This document shows positions 1-9,054 of a stretch of 64,000 nucleotides of DNA, piece after piece. The stretch covers positions 11-64,010 of the forward strand of contig DUNA01000006.1 in assembly GCA_012839605.1 (NCBI GenBank), read 5' to 3'. Origin of the DNA: Bacteroidales bacterium. Its GTDB lineage: Bacteria > Bacteroidota > Bacteroidia > Bacteroidales > UBA932. Position 1 is the first letter of the stretch, and every line of letters begins with the position of its first letter. Both the position numbers and the translations under genes were made by a program. The notes beneath the pieces are model-generated. The model was not told the origin of the DNA, ran no database searches, and was given only the letters and a program-made list of their open reading frames with translations.

Positions 1-248
1 ACCTATTCGATTTTGTGCTTCTCTGTCTGATGTTCCCCGTTCCACCCGCAGGCCTTTTTTGCCAAAATCCAGATTACACCGGAGCGAAATCATAACACCT
101 ACCCGGGGCGACAACGTAGTTCTTTCTGAATATCCATTGTCGAAAAGACTTTTTTTATGTGTGCGGTTCCTGTAAAATATCTCTGATCTCAGGACCCACT
201 TTCCATCACGGAAGCTTTTCTGCACCCCGCCGTTAATAGTAACTAATG

Positions 249-2318
249 TTATCCCAACGATAAACCCCAATCGTTCTCAAGATAGAACATATTGTTGGCG
301 GATATCAGGATATAAGAAGTCAAAGTCCGTCCGTAAGTTTGGGTGTGTACGTCAGAAAAAGTCATGTTGGCATGTACTGCCAAACGCCACCATGGGAATA
401 CTTGTTGGCTTGTAGATGCATTCAAGGTGTACGAAGTATTTTTAGATACATTCACAGGTCTGGAAATAATGCTGTCCCCTGTGGCAGAGAGTTCTGAAAC
501 AAAATCGTACGTGTTTACGGCATGGGAAAACCTGGCCGTTACAGTATAACTTCGTGCCAACTGAGTTATGAATTGAACAGTATGAGTGATATAAGGTTTC
601 AGGTTTGGATTCCCCGTGGAATATTCATTGGCATAATCCCAGTGAATGTAAGGATCAAGCAAGTGTGGTGACGGCCTGTTAACCTTGCTGGCATAAGAAA
701 CGTTAACGAAATACCCTTTTTTCTGGTTGATGGCATACCTGGCATTGGCTGCCCACAAAATATCTGTTCCGGAATAATCAATTGTACTTCCGGTATATTT
801 GTTCAGTTGTTCAAAGTGTGCTCTTTCTGCACGGATACCTGCCGTAAAGGTAAATCTATCCCCGGCAGAACCCCGGTAGTTCAGGTATCCTGCCAAAATA
901 TCCTCTTGATAATGGATATTTTCACTTGCCGAGAGATCAAAATCCCACTCCGCTCCCAATTCAGTAAAGTGATTGTCTCGGTTTATATAGTACGTTTTAA
1001 GAAACTTGGCGCCTGTTTCAATGGAGTGCTTTTCAGACAGATTGAGGGTAAGATCTCCATAGGTATTCAACGCCTTCCTGTCAGAGTTAGCCTCCCTGCG
1101 CGTATGGTTCAATACATTATCATTAAGCGAGAACAATTCAACTTCATCTGTATTAGTCACCTTTAAGGATGACACTTCCGCTACCAGTAAAAAAGCCGAT
1201 CCTGTTTTTTTATTCAAAATTGCTTTGTAATTCACATAACCTGTTTTGTTGCCGGATGAAAAGCCTAATATCATATTGTTATAATAGCTCTCATCAACTA
1301 TTTTTTGCTCATTATAACCCGGAAACATATTATTTGTACTGAAAACACCAGCTATGGAATGTCTGTCATTAATCCTATAGTGTAAGGATTGTTCCGTGGT
1401 TAAGCTAAATCTCCAGGGACTGACATGGGTGATAAGCTGTTCCGTTTTTATATCCGGATTATCGCTTACAGTTTTTACTACCGAATTACTGATTGAATAT
1501 CCTGTACTTCCATAAACATAGGAAGAGAAACTCAATCCTTTATAGCGGTAACTTAACGTAGCGTTGATCTTTGGTGTAAATCGCTGCTTATCTGCGTCCA
1601 CAGAAGATTGTGCATAAAAACGACCGCCCCCTTCCGGTAATTTCTTCAGCGTTAACCTGATAATAGCAGAGAGGGAACTGCCTGAAAAAGCCACACCGGA
1701 AACCGGAATGACTTCTATACTGGTTATGTTCCCGGCCGGGATAGCTTCCAGGTACGCCTTCAAATCATCGCCCGAGAAGGTCAATTTCCGGTCATCCACA
1801 TATACTATTGCAGAAAGCCCGTTCACCTTTAAATCGGAAACTCCCGGCAGGTAATTCAAAACCTCTATGCTTGTCCTGTCTTTTGCCATCGGGCTGTTGA
1901 CCATGGAAACAATATAACCATCGGGACGGTACCTGATGGGTGTATCCCTTATAGTAATCTCCGTTAATTGCTGTACGTCTTCTTCCAAAATGACAGTAGG
2001 TGTTGTAAGATTTCCGCTTACCTGAATTTGTTCATTCCATTCCTTGTAACCGGTAAAACGCACATTCAACACGTAATGTCCGGCTTCGCTTTTCAACACA
2101 AAGGATCCCCTTTCGTTGGTAACTCCCCAGGCAACTACATTTGCCGAGTCTGTATCAAAAAAACGCAACACTACAGTTGCCCCGGACACAGGAATACCCA
2201 GGGAATCCGTGACTGTTCCCGAGATAATGTAAGACGACACATGTTCCTGGGACCATAAGGAGAAAAAAACAGGTAAGCAGAAAAGCACTAATATTCCTTT
2301 TTTCATACAAAACTTCAA
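249..2318 (-). CDS. Outer-membrane beta-barrel protein with N-terminal carboxypeptidase-regulatory-like domain (TonB-dependent-receptor-like, OMP_b-brl_3 type); 3' end probably frameshifted
   Basis: 689-aa ORF with signal peptide MKKGILVLFCLPVFFSLWSQ. 'ISGTVTDSLGIPVSGATVVLRF' is a CarbopepD_reg signature and 'SIEVLNYLPGV...VYVDDRKL...ITSIEVIPVSG' is plug-like. A long Y/S/N/T-rich strand region follows. Paralog of 2351..5023. Confidence 0.75.
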   Translation of the reverse strand: MKFCMKKGILVLFCLPVFFSLWSQEHVSSYIISGTVTDSLGIPVSGATVVLRFFDTDSANVVAWGVTNERGSFVLKSEAGHYVLNVRFTGYKEWNEQIQVSGNLTTPTVILEEDVQQLTEITIRDTPIRYRPDGYIVSMVNSPMAKDRTSIEVLNYLPGVSDLKVNGLSAIVYVDDRKLTFSGDDLKAYLEAIPAGNITSIEVIPVSGVAFSGSSLSAIIRLTLKKLPEGGGRFYAQSSVDADKQRFTPKINATLSYRYKGLSFSSYVYGSTGYSISNSVVKTVSDNPDIKTEQLITHVSPWRFSLTTEQSLHYRINDRHSIAGVFSTNNMFPGYNEQKIVDESYYNNMILGFSSGNKTGYVNYKAILNKKTGSAFLLVAEVSSLKVTNTDEVELFSLNDNVLNHTRREANSDRKALNTYGDLTLNLSEKHSIETGAKFLKTYYINRDNHFTELGAEWDFDLSASENIHYQEDILAGYLNYRGSAGDRFTFTAGIRAERAHFEQLNKYTGSTIDYSGTDILWAANARYAINQKKGYFVNVSYASKVNRPSPHLLDPYIHWDYANEYSTGNPNLKPYITHTVQFITQLARSYTVTARFSHAVNTYDFVSELSATGDSIISRPVNVSKNTSYTLNASTSQQVFPWWRLAVHANMTFSDVHTQTYGRTLTSYILISANNMFYLENDWGLSLG

Positions 2319-2350
2319 AGTAGCATTATTGTTATATTATTCTTTTTCAG

Positions 2351-5023
2351 CTATCTGATGCTGAACCGGACTTTAAGCAAAACAGAAAAGGGACGGAGCG
2401 TATAAGAGTAAATATAGGCGGTGACATCGGAATAGCTGGCCGTATTGAAATTTTTTGTGTTTAACAAATTGCGTGCTTCAAGTGTGTAATCGAACCGCTT
2501 GGTTTTATACCTTGTCTGAATATCCAGAAAGAACATGTTCCGGTCACCCGAGGTTATGGAGCTGTTATATGAGTGTTCGGCCGACAGGTTACAGGACCAC
2601 TTTTTGGTTATTATAAATTTTGCCGTTGCTTTTTGTGTAATCATCTGTATGGGATCCAGTTGCTGCGAACTGTTTTCAATCCGGCTATGGCTGTTATACC
2701 AGGTCCCACTATACTCTGCAACAACAGACTCGCCAATCCGTGACAAAATTTCCAAACCTGCGTTGTATGTCCTGTATGTAGTGTTCATAAGAGTTCCCTG
2801 CCGGAGGATATCCCTTAAAGAATAATTGTATCCGCCTTTCAGCGTTACAGTTGTAGCAATGGCATCAAAACGCTTTCCAAAACTGGCATTCGTCCGGACT
2901 CCCCGGGAAGTATTGTCAAAAGCGTAAGTAGTAAGCTGTGAGAGCGACCCTGAATATTCGGTTCCATATAACACATTGGAATGATTGACCCAGTACAAAG
3001 CATCCAGTGCCCCAAAAAGAGAAAGAATAGCATTGCCGTAGTTAAGGGTTACGGAACAGGAACTATAACGCGATTCACTTATGATCCCGGAACGGTTTTG
3101 GATGGTACGGTAATTGGTCATAATGTACCCTGTGTACATTTCATACAGTCCTCCGGTAATATGGGAAGTCATGGCATTAGCACTTATTTTCAGATTGTTG
3201 GAAAGTGTGGCGTTAACGTTAAGCCTGGGATCCAGGTACAGCCGGCTTATTTGCTGCAATACGGCGTTTTCCATGAAGTCCTTTAGAGTTATATCCCTGA
3301 AATTCAAAGAACAATGTAATCCCGCATCCCACCGGAATTTTCCCGAAGACCGAAATGTCACACCGGGTGAAAGGTGCAGATCCAGCTTATTCCACGAAAG
3401 ATGGTTTTGCAGGGAATCCGGAGCAGTGATGCTTTTGGTATTATCTTCCAGCGGGCTTAACATGGCAGTCATTCGTTCCTGCTGCCAGTTGGCATTGCCC
3501 CAAAGAGAAAACGTCCAGTCACGGACTTTTTTGTACAAACTGGCTGAATTGTTGGTAAAGAACCGTCGGCTGTCAAGTTCCTGAAAAGAGCCTCGGGCCG
3601 TTTGAACATCTGTTCCAAAAATGCCGGGATAAAGCAACGGTGTTACTTTCAAAGAAGAAGGACTATTGGAAAAATCGGTGATGGACGAACAGGAAAACCG
3701 CAAGGAGGAGAAGGGTTTTACCAGGTTAAATGTATTCCTGAGCCTGATGGCTGATGGAACGGAAAAATCTTGCAGGACTGTATCGGCAGACTGCAAAATC
3801 TGTCCGTGATCTATGTTCCGGCTTCCTTCCAATACAAGGTTATTTTTCAGGTACATTTTTTCTGTATTGGCCGTCAATTCAATTCCAAGATCCACCTGGC
3901 GGGTTTTCCTGGAGGCGCTGCTCTGTTCCCGGATGACCAGAGGCGAAGAATCCTTAATATAATAGGTGGTAACAGAGGATGCGTCGGAAAGTTGCCGGTC
4001 ATGCAGGTAGGCTCCATTGATGTTCAGCTGGTAATCATGTTTCAAAACATTCAGCGTGTTGACCGATACGGCATGTACATTATTATTCAGGTAGCGTTGC
4101 CGGTCAATGGCAGGAGCTCCCGGGGCCAGTATGCCCAACTGCGATACAGTTGCCTCAAGTCCACCGTAAAACGATTTTAATTCACCAGACACATCTTCAC
4201 CTGTATTGTTTGTTTTATAAGTGTTTAAGGTCTGAAACTTCCGGCCAAAAAAAATGGTTGTTACCTCCCCATTCCACATAATTGGTTTATAACCACCTCC
4301 TAATTGCACTACGGAATTGAACGTGCCTTTAGCACTCTCCTTAAGCTTTAGATTAATTGCCGGATCTGTTGAAAAATCGATATCTTTCAGTGCTTTTACA
4401 GGTTGGTGATTCTCTAATATCTGTACCGTTGCAATATCTTTTGCCTGGATATTTCTGGTCCCAATGCCATACCTGCCTTTTAGCAAATCAAGACCTTCTA
4501 CATAAAACTTGTTGATAGACTTGCCTAAATACCTGATCTCCCCACTTTCCCGTACTTCAATACCGGGCATTTTTTTTAACACATCACCTACAGAACGGTC
4601 AAGCGAATCAATAAAATTGGCAACATAGTAATTTACGGTATCACTACGACGCACTATGGGTTCTGCCTTTACAGTAACCTCACGAATGGTAAGCACCTGC
4701 TCTTCCACTTGTAAATCCACTGTTTGTGTCTTATTTTCTATGATTCTCATTTGCTCCTTTATGTTGAACCCGGTCACTTTAAGCATCATGCTATCAACTT
4801 TTGCATTACAGGAGAGTTTGTAACGGCCTTCTTCACCGGTTATCGTATAGGCATAAAAAGATTTGCCGTCTTTCGTTAGCAGCAGCACATTAACGTCCGG
4901 AACGGCTTTCCTGGCTTTACTGTCAGTAACTTTGCCACTAATGACTACCTGGCAACATAACTCCAAAGGTAACAGGAAAAAAAATAAGAAGATATAGTAC
5001 TTATACAACGGTGAAGATTTCAT
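2351..5023 (-). CDS. Outer-membrane beta-barrel protein with N-terminal carboxypeptidase-regulatory-like domain (TonB-dependent-receptor-like)
   Basis: 890-aa ORF with a signal peptide. 'ISGKVTDSKARKAVPDVNVLLL' is a CarbopepD_reg signature and 'VGDVLKKMPGIEVRESGEIRYLGKSINKFYVEG' is plug-like. The barrel-type terminal strand reads 'YTLRPFSVLLKVRFSIR'. Confidence 0.8.
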   Translation of the reverse strand: MKSSPLYKYYIFLFFFLLPLELCCQVVISGKVTDSKARKAVPDVNVLLLTKDGKSFYAYTITGEEGRYKLSCNAKVDSMMLKVTGFNIKEQMRIIENKTQTVDLQVEEQVLTIREVTVKAEPIVRRSDTVNYYVANFIDSLDRSVGDVLKKMPGIEVRESGEIRYLGKSINKFYVEGLDLLKGRYGIGTRNIQAKDIATVQILENHQPVKALKDIDFSTDPAINLKLKESAKGTFNSVVQLGGGYKPIMWNGEVTTIFFGRKFQTLNTYKTNNTGEDVSGELKSFYGGLEATVSQLGILAPGAPAIDRQRYLNNNVHAVSVNTLNVLKHDYQLNINGAYLHDRQLSDASSVTTYYIKDSSPLVIREQSSASRKTRQVDLGIELTANTEKMYLKNNLVLEGSRNIDHGQILQSADTVLQDFSVPSAIRLRNTFNLVKPFSSLRFSCSSITDFSNSPSSLKVTPLLYPGIFGTDVQTARGSFQELDSRRFFTNNSASLYKKVRDWTFSLWGNANWQQERMTAMLSPLEDNTKSITAPDSLQNHLSWNKLDLHLSPGVTFRSSGKFRWDAGLHCSLNFRDITLKDFMENAVLQQISRLYLDPRLNVNATLSNNLKISANAMTSHITGGLYEMYTGYIMTNYRTIQNRSGIISESRYSSCSVTLNYGNAILSLFGALDALYWVNHSNVLYGTEYSGSLSQLTTYAFDNTSRGVRTNASFGKRFDAIATTVTLKGGYNYSLRDILRQGTLMNTTYRTYNAGLEILSRIGESVVAEYSGTWYNSHSRIENSSQQLDPIQMITQKATAKFIITKKWSCNLSAEHSYNSSITSGDRNMFFLDIQTRYKTKRFDYTLEARNLLNTKNFNTASYSDVTAYIYSYTLRPFSVLLKVRFSIR

Positions 5024-5049
5024 AATCTAACTTGTTTAGTATATGATAA

Positions 5050-5955
5050 TTATTCCAGCTCCAAAGGAGGTATATAAGGTTTACGAAATGAAAGCCGCAT
5101 TTCTTCTGTAACAGGCACCATTTTTCCGGTTCTTCCATCGCGTGCAACAGGGGCTATTATTTTTCCGTGCTGTTCGAGCAAACCTATAGGATCATCCCAT
5201 ATTTTTCGCTGTAATTTCTGCAATTGCGCCCGGCTGATGATTTTTTCCCTGATGGCAGATGTTCCTGATAGTCCCTGTTTTTTTGTGTCATACATGAAAA
5301 TTAAGTTTTTTGTCTGACTGATTCCGGTGGCCCTCCACAGGAAAAGACCTTTGTTATCTTTTGCCTTGAGAATAAGCCCCGGCAATCCCTGAAATTTCCA
5401 AGGTCCTGCCTGAACAGGTATCTCAAGAGTGAACCAAACTTCGTAGGAACGGCCCCTGAAACAAGCGGTTGCTTTATAGCATTGGTGGGAAAGGATTGTA
5501 TCTGATTCACCCAGATTCAATTGCCAGTCAATATCAGGAACAGGTTCGTTGTAAATATATTCTGTGTTCACAATGGTTGTCCAGACGGTAAGCTGTCCTT
5601 TCCCGGGGTAATGGAAATAGTAATTTTCATAATGATCTTTTTCATTTGCTGCCATCCAGTTGCGCGGGTTTAAGCCGCCTTGTGTTTTACTAATTCTGGC
5701 CCTATACATGGTAGAATCTGTTTTGTCGGCTAAAAGACTGAAATAATGGATAAAATACGAACCAATATCCAATCGCTGCCGATCCGTATAACGCATATCG
5801 GAAAGAGTATCAATGGCAAATGTAAAGTCATACGTGACGGACAGGAAACTTGAATCTAGGATCGTCTTCTGTGTGACGTCACGGCAATCCGGATCCTGAG
5901 CCAGAGCATAGATTGCTGACAAACAGCAGTAAAATATGGTAAATGTCTTTTTCAT
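5050..5955 (-). CDS. GLPGLI family protein (TIGR01200-type), function unknown
   Basis: 301 aa with a signal peptide. Carries the name-giving motif 'PWKFQGLPGLILKA' and the C-terminal 'PYIPPLELE' shared with neighbouring paralogs. Its start overlaps the upstream stop by 1 nt (TAATG). Confidence 0.85.
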   Translation of the reverse strand: MKKTFTIFYCCLSAIYALAQDPDCRDVTQKTILDSSFLSVTYDFTFAIDTLSDMRYTDRQRLDIGSYFIHYFSLLADKTDSTMYRARISKTQGGLNPRNWMAANEKDHYENYYFHYPGKGQLTVWTTIVNTEYIYNEPVPDIDWQLNLGESDTILSHQCYKATACFRGRSYEVWFTLEIPVQAGPWKFQGLPGLILKAKDNKGLFLWRATGISQTKNLIFMYDTKKQGLSGTSAIREKIISRAQLQKLQRKIWDDPIGLLEQHGKIIAPVARDGRTGKMVPVTEEMRLSFRKPYIPPLELE

Positions 5956-6580
5956 TATTCCAGTTCCAAAGGAGGAATATAGGGAATCTTTACGTCTCCG
6001 GGTTTGGCTTCAATATATTCTCCGTTTTTATAAACGTAAAACTGTCTGTTCGCTGTTAGATAGAGAGAAACGGGGTCTTCCCAGAATTTTCGTTCGATTT
6101 TCTGAAAATCTTTTCTGGAAAGCGGATAGCTGCGCTTTTTCTCTATATCAAATATCAGTATTCTTCTTTCTTTTGGTCTGTATATTCCCATTACACGCCA
6201 TTCAAAAAGCCCTGAGCTTTCAGTTATCTGTAAAATAGTTCCCGGTAAGCCATTGAATTTCCATGGTCCGTAAGATATAGGAATGTCGGAAGTAAACCAG
6301 GCGGTATAATCTCTGCCTCTGAAACGAACAGTGGCTTTATTACAAGGATAACCTAAGATGGTTGTTGTATCATCTTGGATAATTCTCCATTCCATAACAG
6401 GCATTTCTTCTTCATAGACAAAATGGCTTATATAACCAACAGATACGGTTAGGATCCCCTTTTTCGGATAATTGTAATGACAATCGGCGTAGCTGATGGT
6501 TTCATTACTGCCCAGCCCCATTTCCTTAAATAGATTGTAAGCTTTGGTCGCCATAGCACGTACAGAATCGGCTTTCTTTA
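5955..6580 (-). pseudogene. C-terminal fragment of a GLPGLI family gene interrupted by the IS element
   Basis: Encodes '...KKADSVRAMATKAY...PWKFNGLPGTILQITE...PYIPPLELE' but lacks the signal peptide and N-terminal third. The tracked ORF start (GTG at 6602) lies inside the IS terminal repeat. Confidence 0.8.
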
Positions 6581-6668
6581 ATACTCCCCATCTTTCAACC
6601 ACCAGGTTAACTTTTTAAGTTTAGTTTTTACTTTTTTCGTTTTTTAATTTCTTCCTAATTTTTAATCT

Positions 6669-7526
6669 CTAAGCAGCATATTCATACCTGTAATTTGGGG
6701 TATAACGGTTCAGACTTTGATGGGTTCGTTGGTTATTGTAGTAGTAAAGATACTCTTTTAAGCCTTTCTGCAACTCTTTCCCATCTTCTGCCGGATTTAA
6801 ATAAACATATTCCCATTTAAGCGTTCTCCAAAATCTTTCTATATAAATGTTATCCAAAGCCCTTCCTCTTCCGTCCATACTGATAATGATATCCTCGTTT
6901 TTTAAATATTCCACCCATCCTGAACAGGTAAATTGGGATCCCTGGTCAGAATTAATAATTTCCGGTTTGCCATACAAAGCAATAGCCTCTTTTAATACCT
7001 CAAGCGAGTTTTGTGCGTCCAGTGTGTTGAATAATCCCCAACCAACTATATACCGGCTATATACATCGATAATGGCCGTCAGGTAAAGAAAACCGCGTTT
7101 CATAGGGATATATGTTAAATCTATACACCATACCTGATTACTGCGTGTTATTTCCAATCCTCTGAGCATATAGGGATGAATGTATTTGGCGATTCCCAAT
7201 TTACTCAGATTCTTTTGTGGATATATAGCCATGATTCCCATCTTTCGCAAAAGCCTGCGTACTCTTTTAGGACCGACCAATATGCCAAGCGTTTTAATAA
7301 AATCAACCATGCTCAACACACCCTTGTAAGGGTGGTCCAGAAATTCCTTATCCATATAACGCATCAACTCCAGATCTTCAGGATTTTCTGCTACCGGTTG
7401 ATAATATATGTTACTCCTGTTTACTCCCAAAAGCTCACATTGTCTGCGAACACTCACCTTATCCAGAGGATCTATGACTTTTTCGAGGGCTTCAGTATCC
7501 CCAATTGCTCTGAGACCCTTTTGCAA
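6669..7526 (-). CDS. IS3-family transposase OrfB (rve/DDE integrase core)
   Basis: Candidate DDE-context motifs are 'WCIDLTYIP', 'INSDQGSQFT' and 'ERFWRTLKWE'. The frame is -1 relative to orfA and stays open upstream of the tracked start through the A6 run. The two ORFs overlap by 55 nt. Confidence 0.9.
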   Translation of the reverse strand: MQKGLRAIGDTEALEKVIDPLDKVSVRRQCELLGVNRSNIYYQPVAENPEDLELMRYMDKEFLDHPYKGVLSMVDFIKTLGILVGPKRVRRLLRKMGIMAIYPQKNLSKLGIAKYIHPYMLRGLEITRSNQVWCIDLTYIPMKRGFLYLTAIIDVYSRYIVGWGLFNTLDAQNSLEVLKEAIALYGKPEIINSDQGSQFTCSGWVEYLKNEDIIISMDGRGRALDNIYIERFWRTLKWEYVYLNPAEDGKELQKGLKEYLYYYNNQRTHQSLNRYTPNYRYEYAA

Positions 7527-7780
7527 AAATCCACTTCTACCTCCAATCGGCCGATTTTTTCATATAAGGCCTTTTCACGTTTTATTACCTCTTCATCCGG
7601 AGCTTTGGTGGAAAAGATTTCTGAACCACGGGAAATGAATTCACGCTTCCAATTCGAAATCATTTGCGGATGCACTTCAAACCGTTTGGCCAGTTCGCTC
7701 AGTGTCTCCTGTTCTTTGATTGCCTCTATAGCCACTTGGGCTTTGAAGGCTGCACTGTGTTTCTTTCTTGTCTTTGACAT
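7472..7780 (-). CDS. IS3-family transposase OrfA (HTH, IS3/IS911-type)
   Basis: 102 aa. 'HSAAFKAQVAIEAIKEQETLSELAKRFEVHPQMISNWKREF' is a typical HTH_Tnp_1 domain, followed by a coiled-coil tail. Confidence 0.9.
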   Translation of the reverse strand: MSKTRKKHSAAFKAQVAIEAIKEQETLSELAKRFEVHPQMISNWKREFISRGSEIFSTKAPDEEVIKREKALYEKIGRLEVEVDFCKRVSEQLGILKPSKKS

Positions 7781-7840
7781 AATGGGTAAATTTAAGTGTT
7801 TTTGTTAAACTTACCCGGTGGTCTGAATTTACGGGAGTAT

Positions 7841-8080
7841 TATATTCTCCCCGTAGAGACTGTAATACCTGCTATATTTTTGTCCCACATCCAGCCGGTA
7901 TTTTTCGGAAAAAGGAGGATTTCCCAAAGTGTCTTTATGGAAAGTGTATAGATAATCCATTGTTAAAAGGCAGTCATCAATGGCTGTCATTCTGATAAAT
8001 TCTCTATTAACTCCACCAAGATCCTGTGCATAAACACTATTCGAAACGATTAAGAACAGAACTATCACTTTTGTTTTCAT
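7841..8080 (-). pseudogene. N-terminal fragment of the IS-interrupted GLPGLI family gene
   Basis: The signal peptide MKTKVIVLFLIVSNSVYAQ is followed by 'YLYTFHKDTL...YRLDVGQKYSRYYSLYGENI', which aligns with the N-termini of the paralogs at 8119..8985 and 5050..5955. The tracked ORF runs on into the IS and stops at 7829. Confidence 0.8.
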
Positions 8081-8118
8081 GTTTCAATACATTAGAATCG
8101 ACTTATGCAGACAAGTAT

Positions 8119-8985
8119 TTATTCCAATTCCCTGGCCGGAATATAAGGTCTCTTCCATTCTCCCGGACCAGCAGGTCTTTTAGTACCGTCGGGGTTCTTC
8201 AACGTAACATTGACTCTCTGACCGAGTGTCTGATACAGGAGAATTGGATCCTGCCAGGACATTTTTTGCAGTTTCAGATAGTCGGTTCTTGAACATTGTT
8301 GGGTACGTAATCCATCAAGCTTATACAGGATTCTGTTTGTTGGACGAAGGATAGCTGTGGCAGTCCATGTGAAGAGCTCTTCAGAATCTTGTGCCTTAAG
8401 GATCAGTCCAGGGAGACCGTTAAATTTCCAGGGTCCTGAAGAAATTGGAATTTCCTGCGTAAACCACACGTGGTATTCCCTTCCCCTGAAAACTGTAACA
8501 GCCTTAATACACTCGTAGCCAAGAATTTCTGTTTTCTCCTGCAGCAGATGCCACTCCATCCTGGGAACAGGTTCCTGATATACGTATTCCCTGTTGATAA
8601 CCCCGGATGAAACCATCAAGGTTCCTTTAGAAGGATAGTTGAAATAATAATCTTCGTAATTGATCTGAACGTCTTTTGCCAAATCTTTAAAAGGATTCAT
8701 TTGTCTTTCCGCGACTGCCCATGTAGAATCCACTTTTGCTCCGTTCAAACTGTAATATTTTGAGATTTGAGATCCAATTTCAAGGCAGTGTAAGTCGTGA
8801 AAACGGGTTTGGGTTACTGTGTCCTTATAAAAAGTATGTCTATAATTTACGGCATACCGGCAAGTATCAACAGGTACTTTGCTGGTTTTTTGCCTGAAAT
8901 AAGGATCATATACCTGTCCAAAACATTGAATTATGAACAAACTGAAAGACACGCATAAAAAGATTTTTCTCATTTTAATTAACAT
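8119..8985 (-). CDS. GLPGLI family protein
   Basis: 288 aa with a signal peptide, 'PWKFNGLPGLILKAQD' and a C-terminal 'PYIPARELE'. The start could instead be Met5 (8973). Confidence 0.85.
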   Translation of the reverse strand: MLIKMRKIFLCVSFSLFIIQCFGQVYDPYFRQKTSKVPVDTCRYAVNYRHTFYKDTVTQTRFHDLHCLEIGSQISKYYSLNGAKVDSTWAVAERQMNPFKDLAKDVQINYEDYYFNYPSKGTLMVSSGVINREYVYQEPVPRMEWHLLQEKTEILGYECIKAVTVFRGREYHVWFTQEIPISSGPWKFNGLPGLILKAQDSEELFTWTATAILRPTNRILYKLDGLRTQQCSRTDYLKLQKMSWQDPILLYQTLGQRVNVTLKNPDGTKRPAGPGEWKRPYIPARELE

Positions 8986-9012
8986 GAAAGTTTTAATAAA
9001 TAATATTCTAAG

Positions 9013-9047
9013 AAAAAACAGGGATAAAATTCAGTCCCTGTTTTTTT
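9013..9047 (-). terminator. Hairpin with flanking A/T runs immediately 3' of the RiPP precursor gene (possible intrinsic or bidirectional terminator)
   Basis: The plus strand reads 'AAAAAACAGGGA-taaaattcag-TCCCTGTTTTTTT'. On the minus strand the stem is followed by T6. It lies 8 nt after the precursor stop codon. Confidence 0.5.
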
Positions 9048-9054
9048 ATAAATC

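Larger units (their letters stand above)
6581..7840 (-). mobile_element. IS3-family insertion sequence (orfA/orfB with -1 frameshift), 1260 bp
   Basis: The two overlapping transposase ORFs are in 0/-1 frames. The imperfect terminal inverted repeats are 'ATACTCCCCATCTTTCAACCACCAGGTTAA' at 6581 onward and the reverse complement of the 7840 end, 'ATACTCCCGTAAATTCAGACCACCGGGTAAG'. TA dinucleotides flank both ends (6579-6580, 7841-7842). Excision restores an intact GLPGLI reading frame. Confidence 0.85.

Noticed and set aside
7176-7808. 210-aa ORF antisense within the IS element
   Set aside because: It overlaps both transposase ORFs. The IS3 orfA/orfB arrangement on the minus strand fully explains the element.
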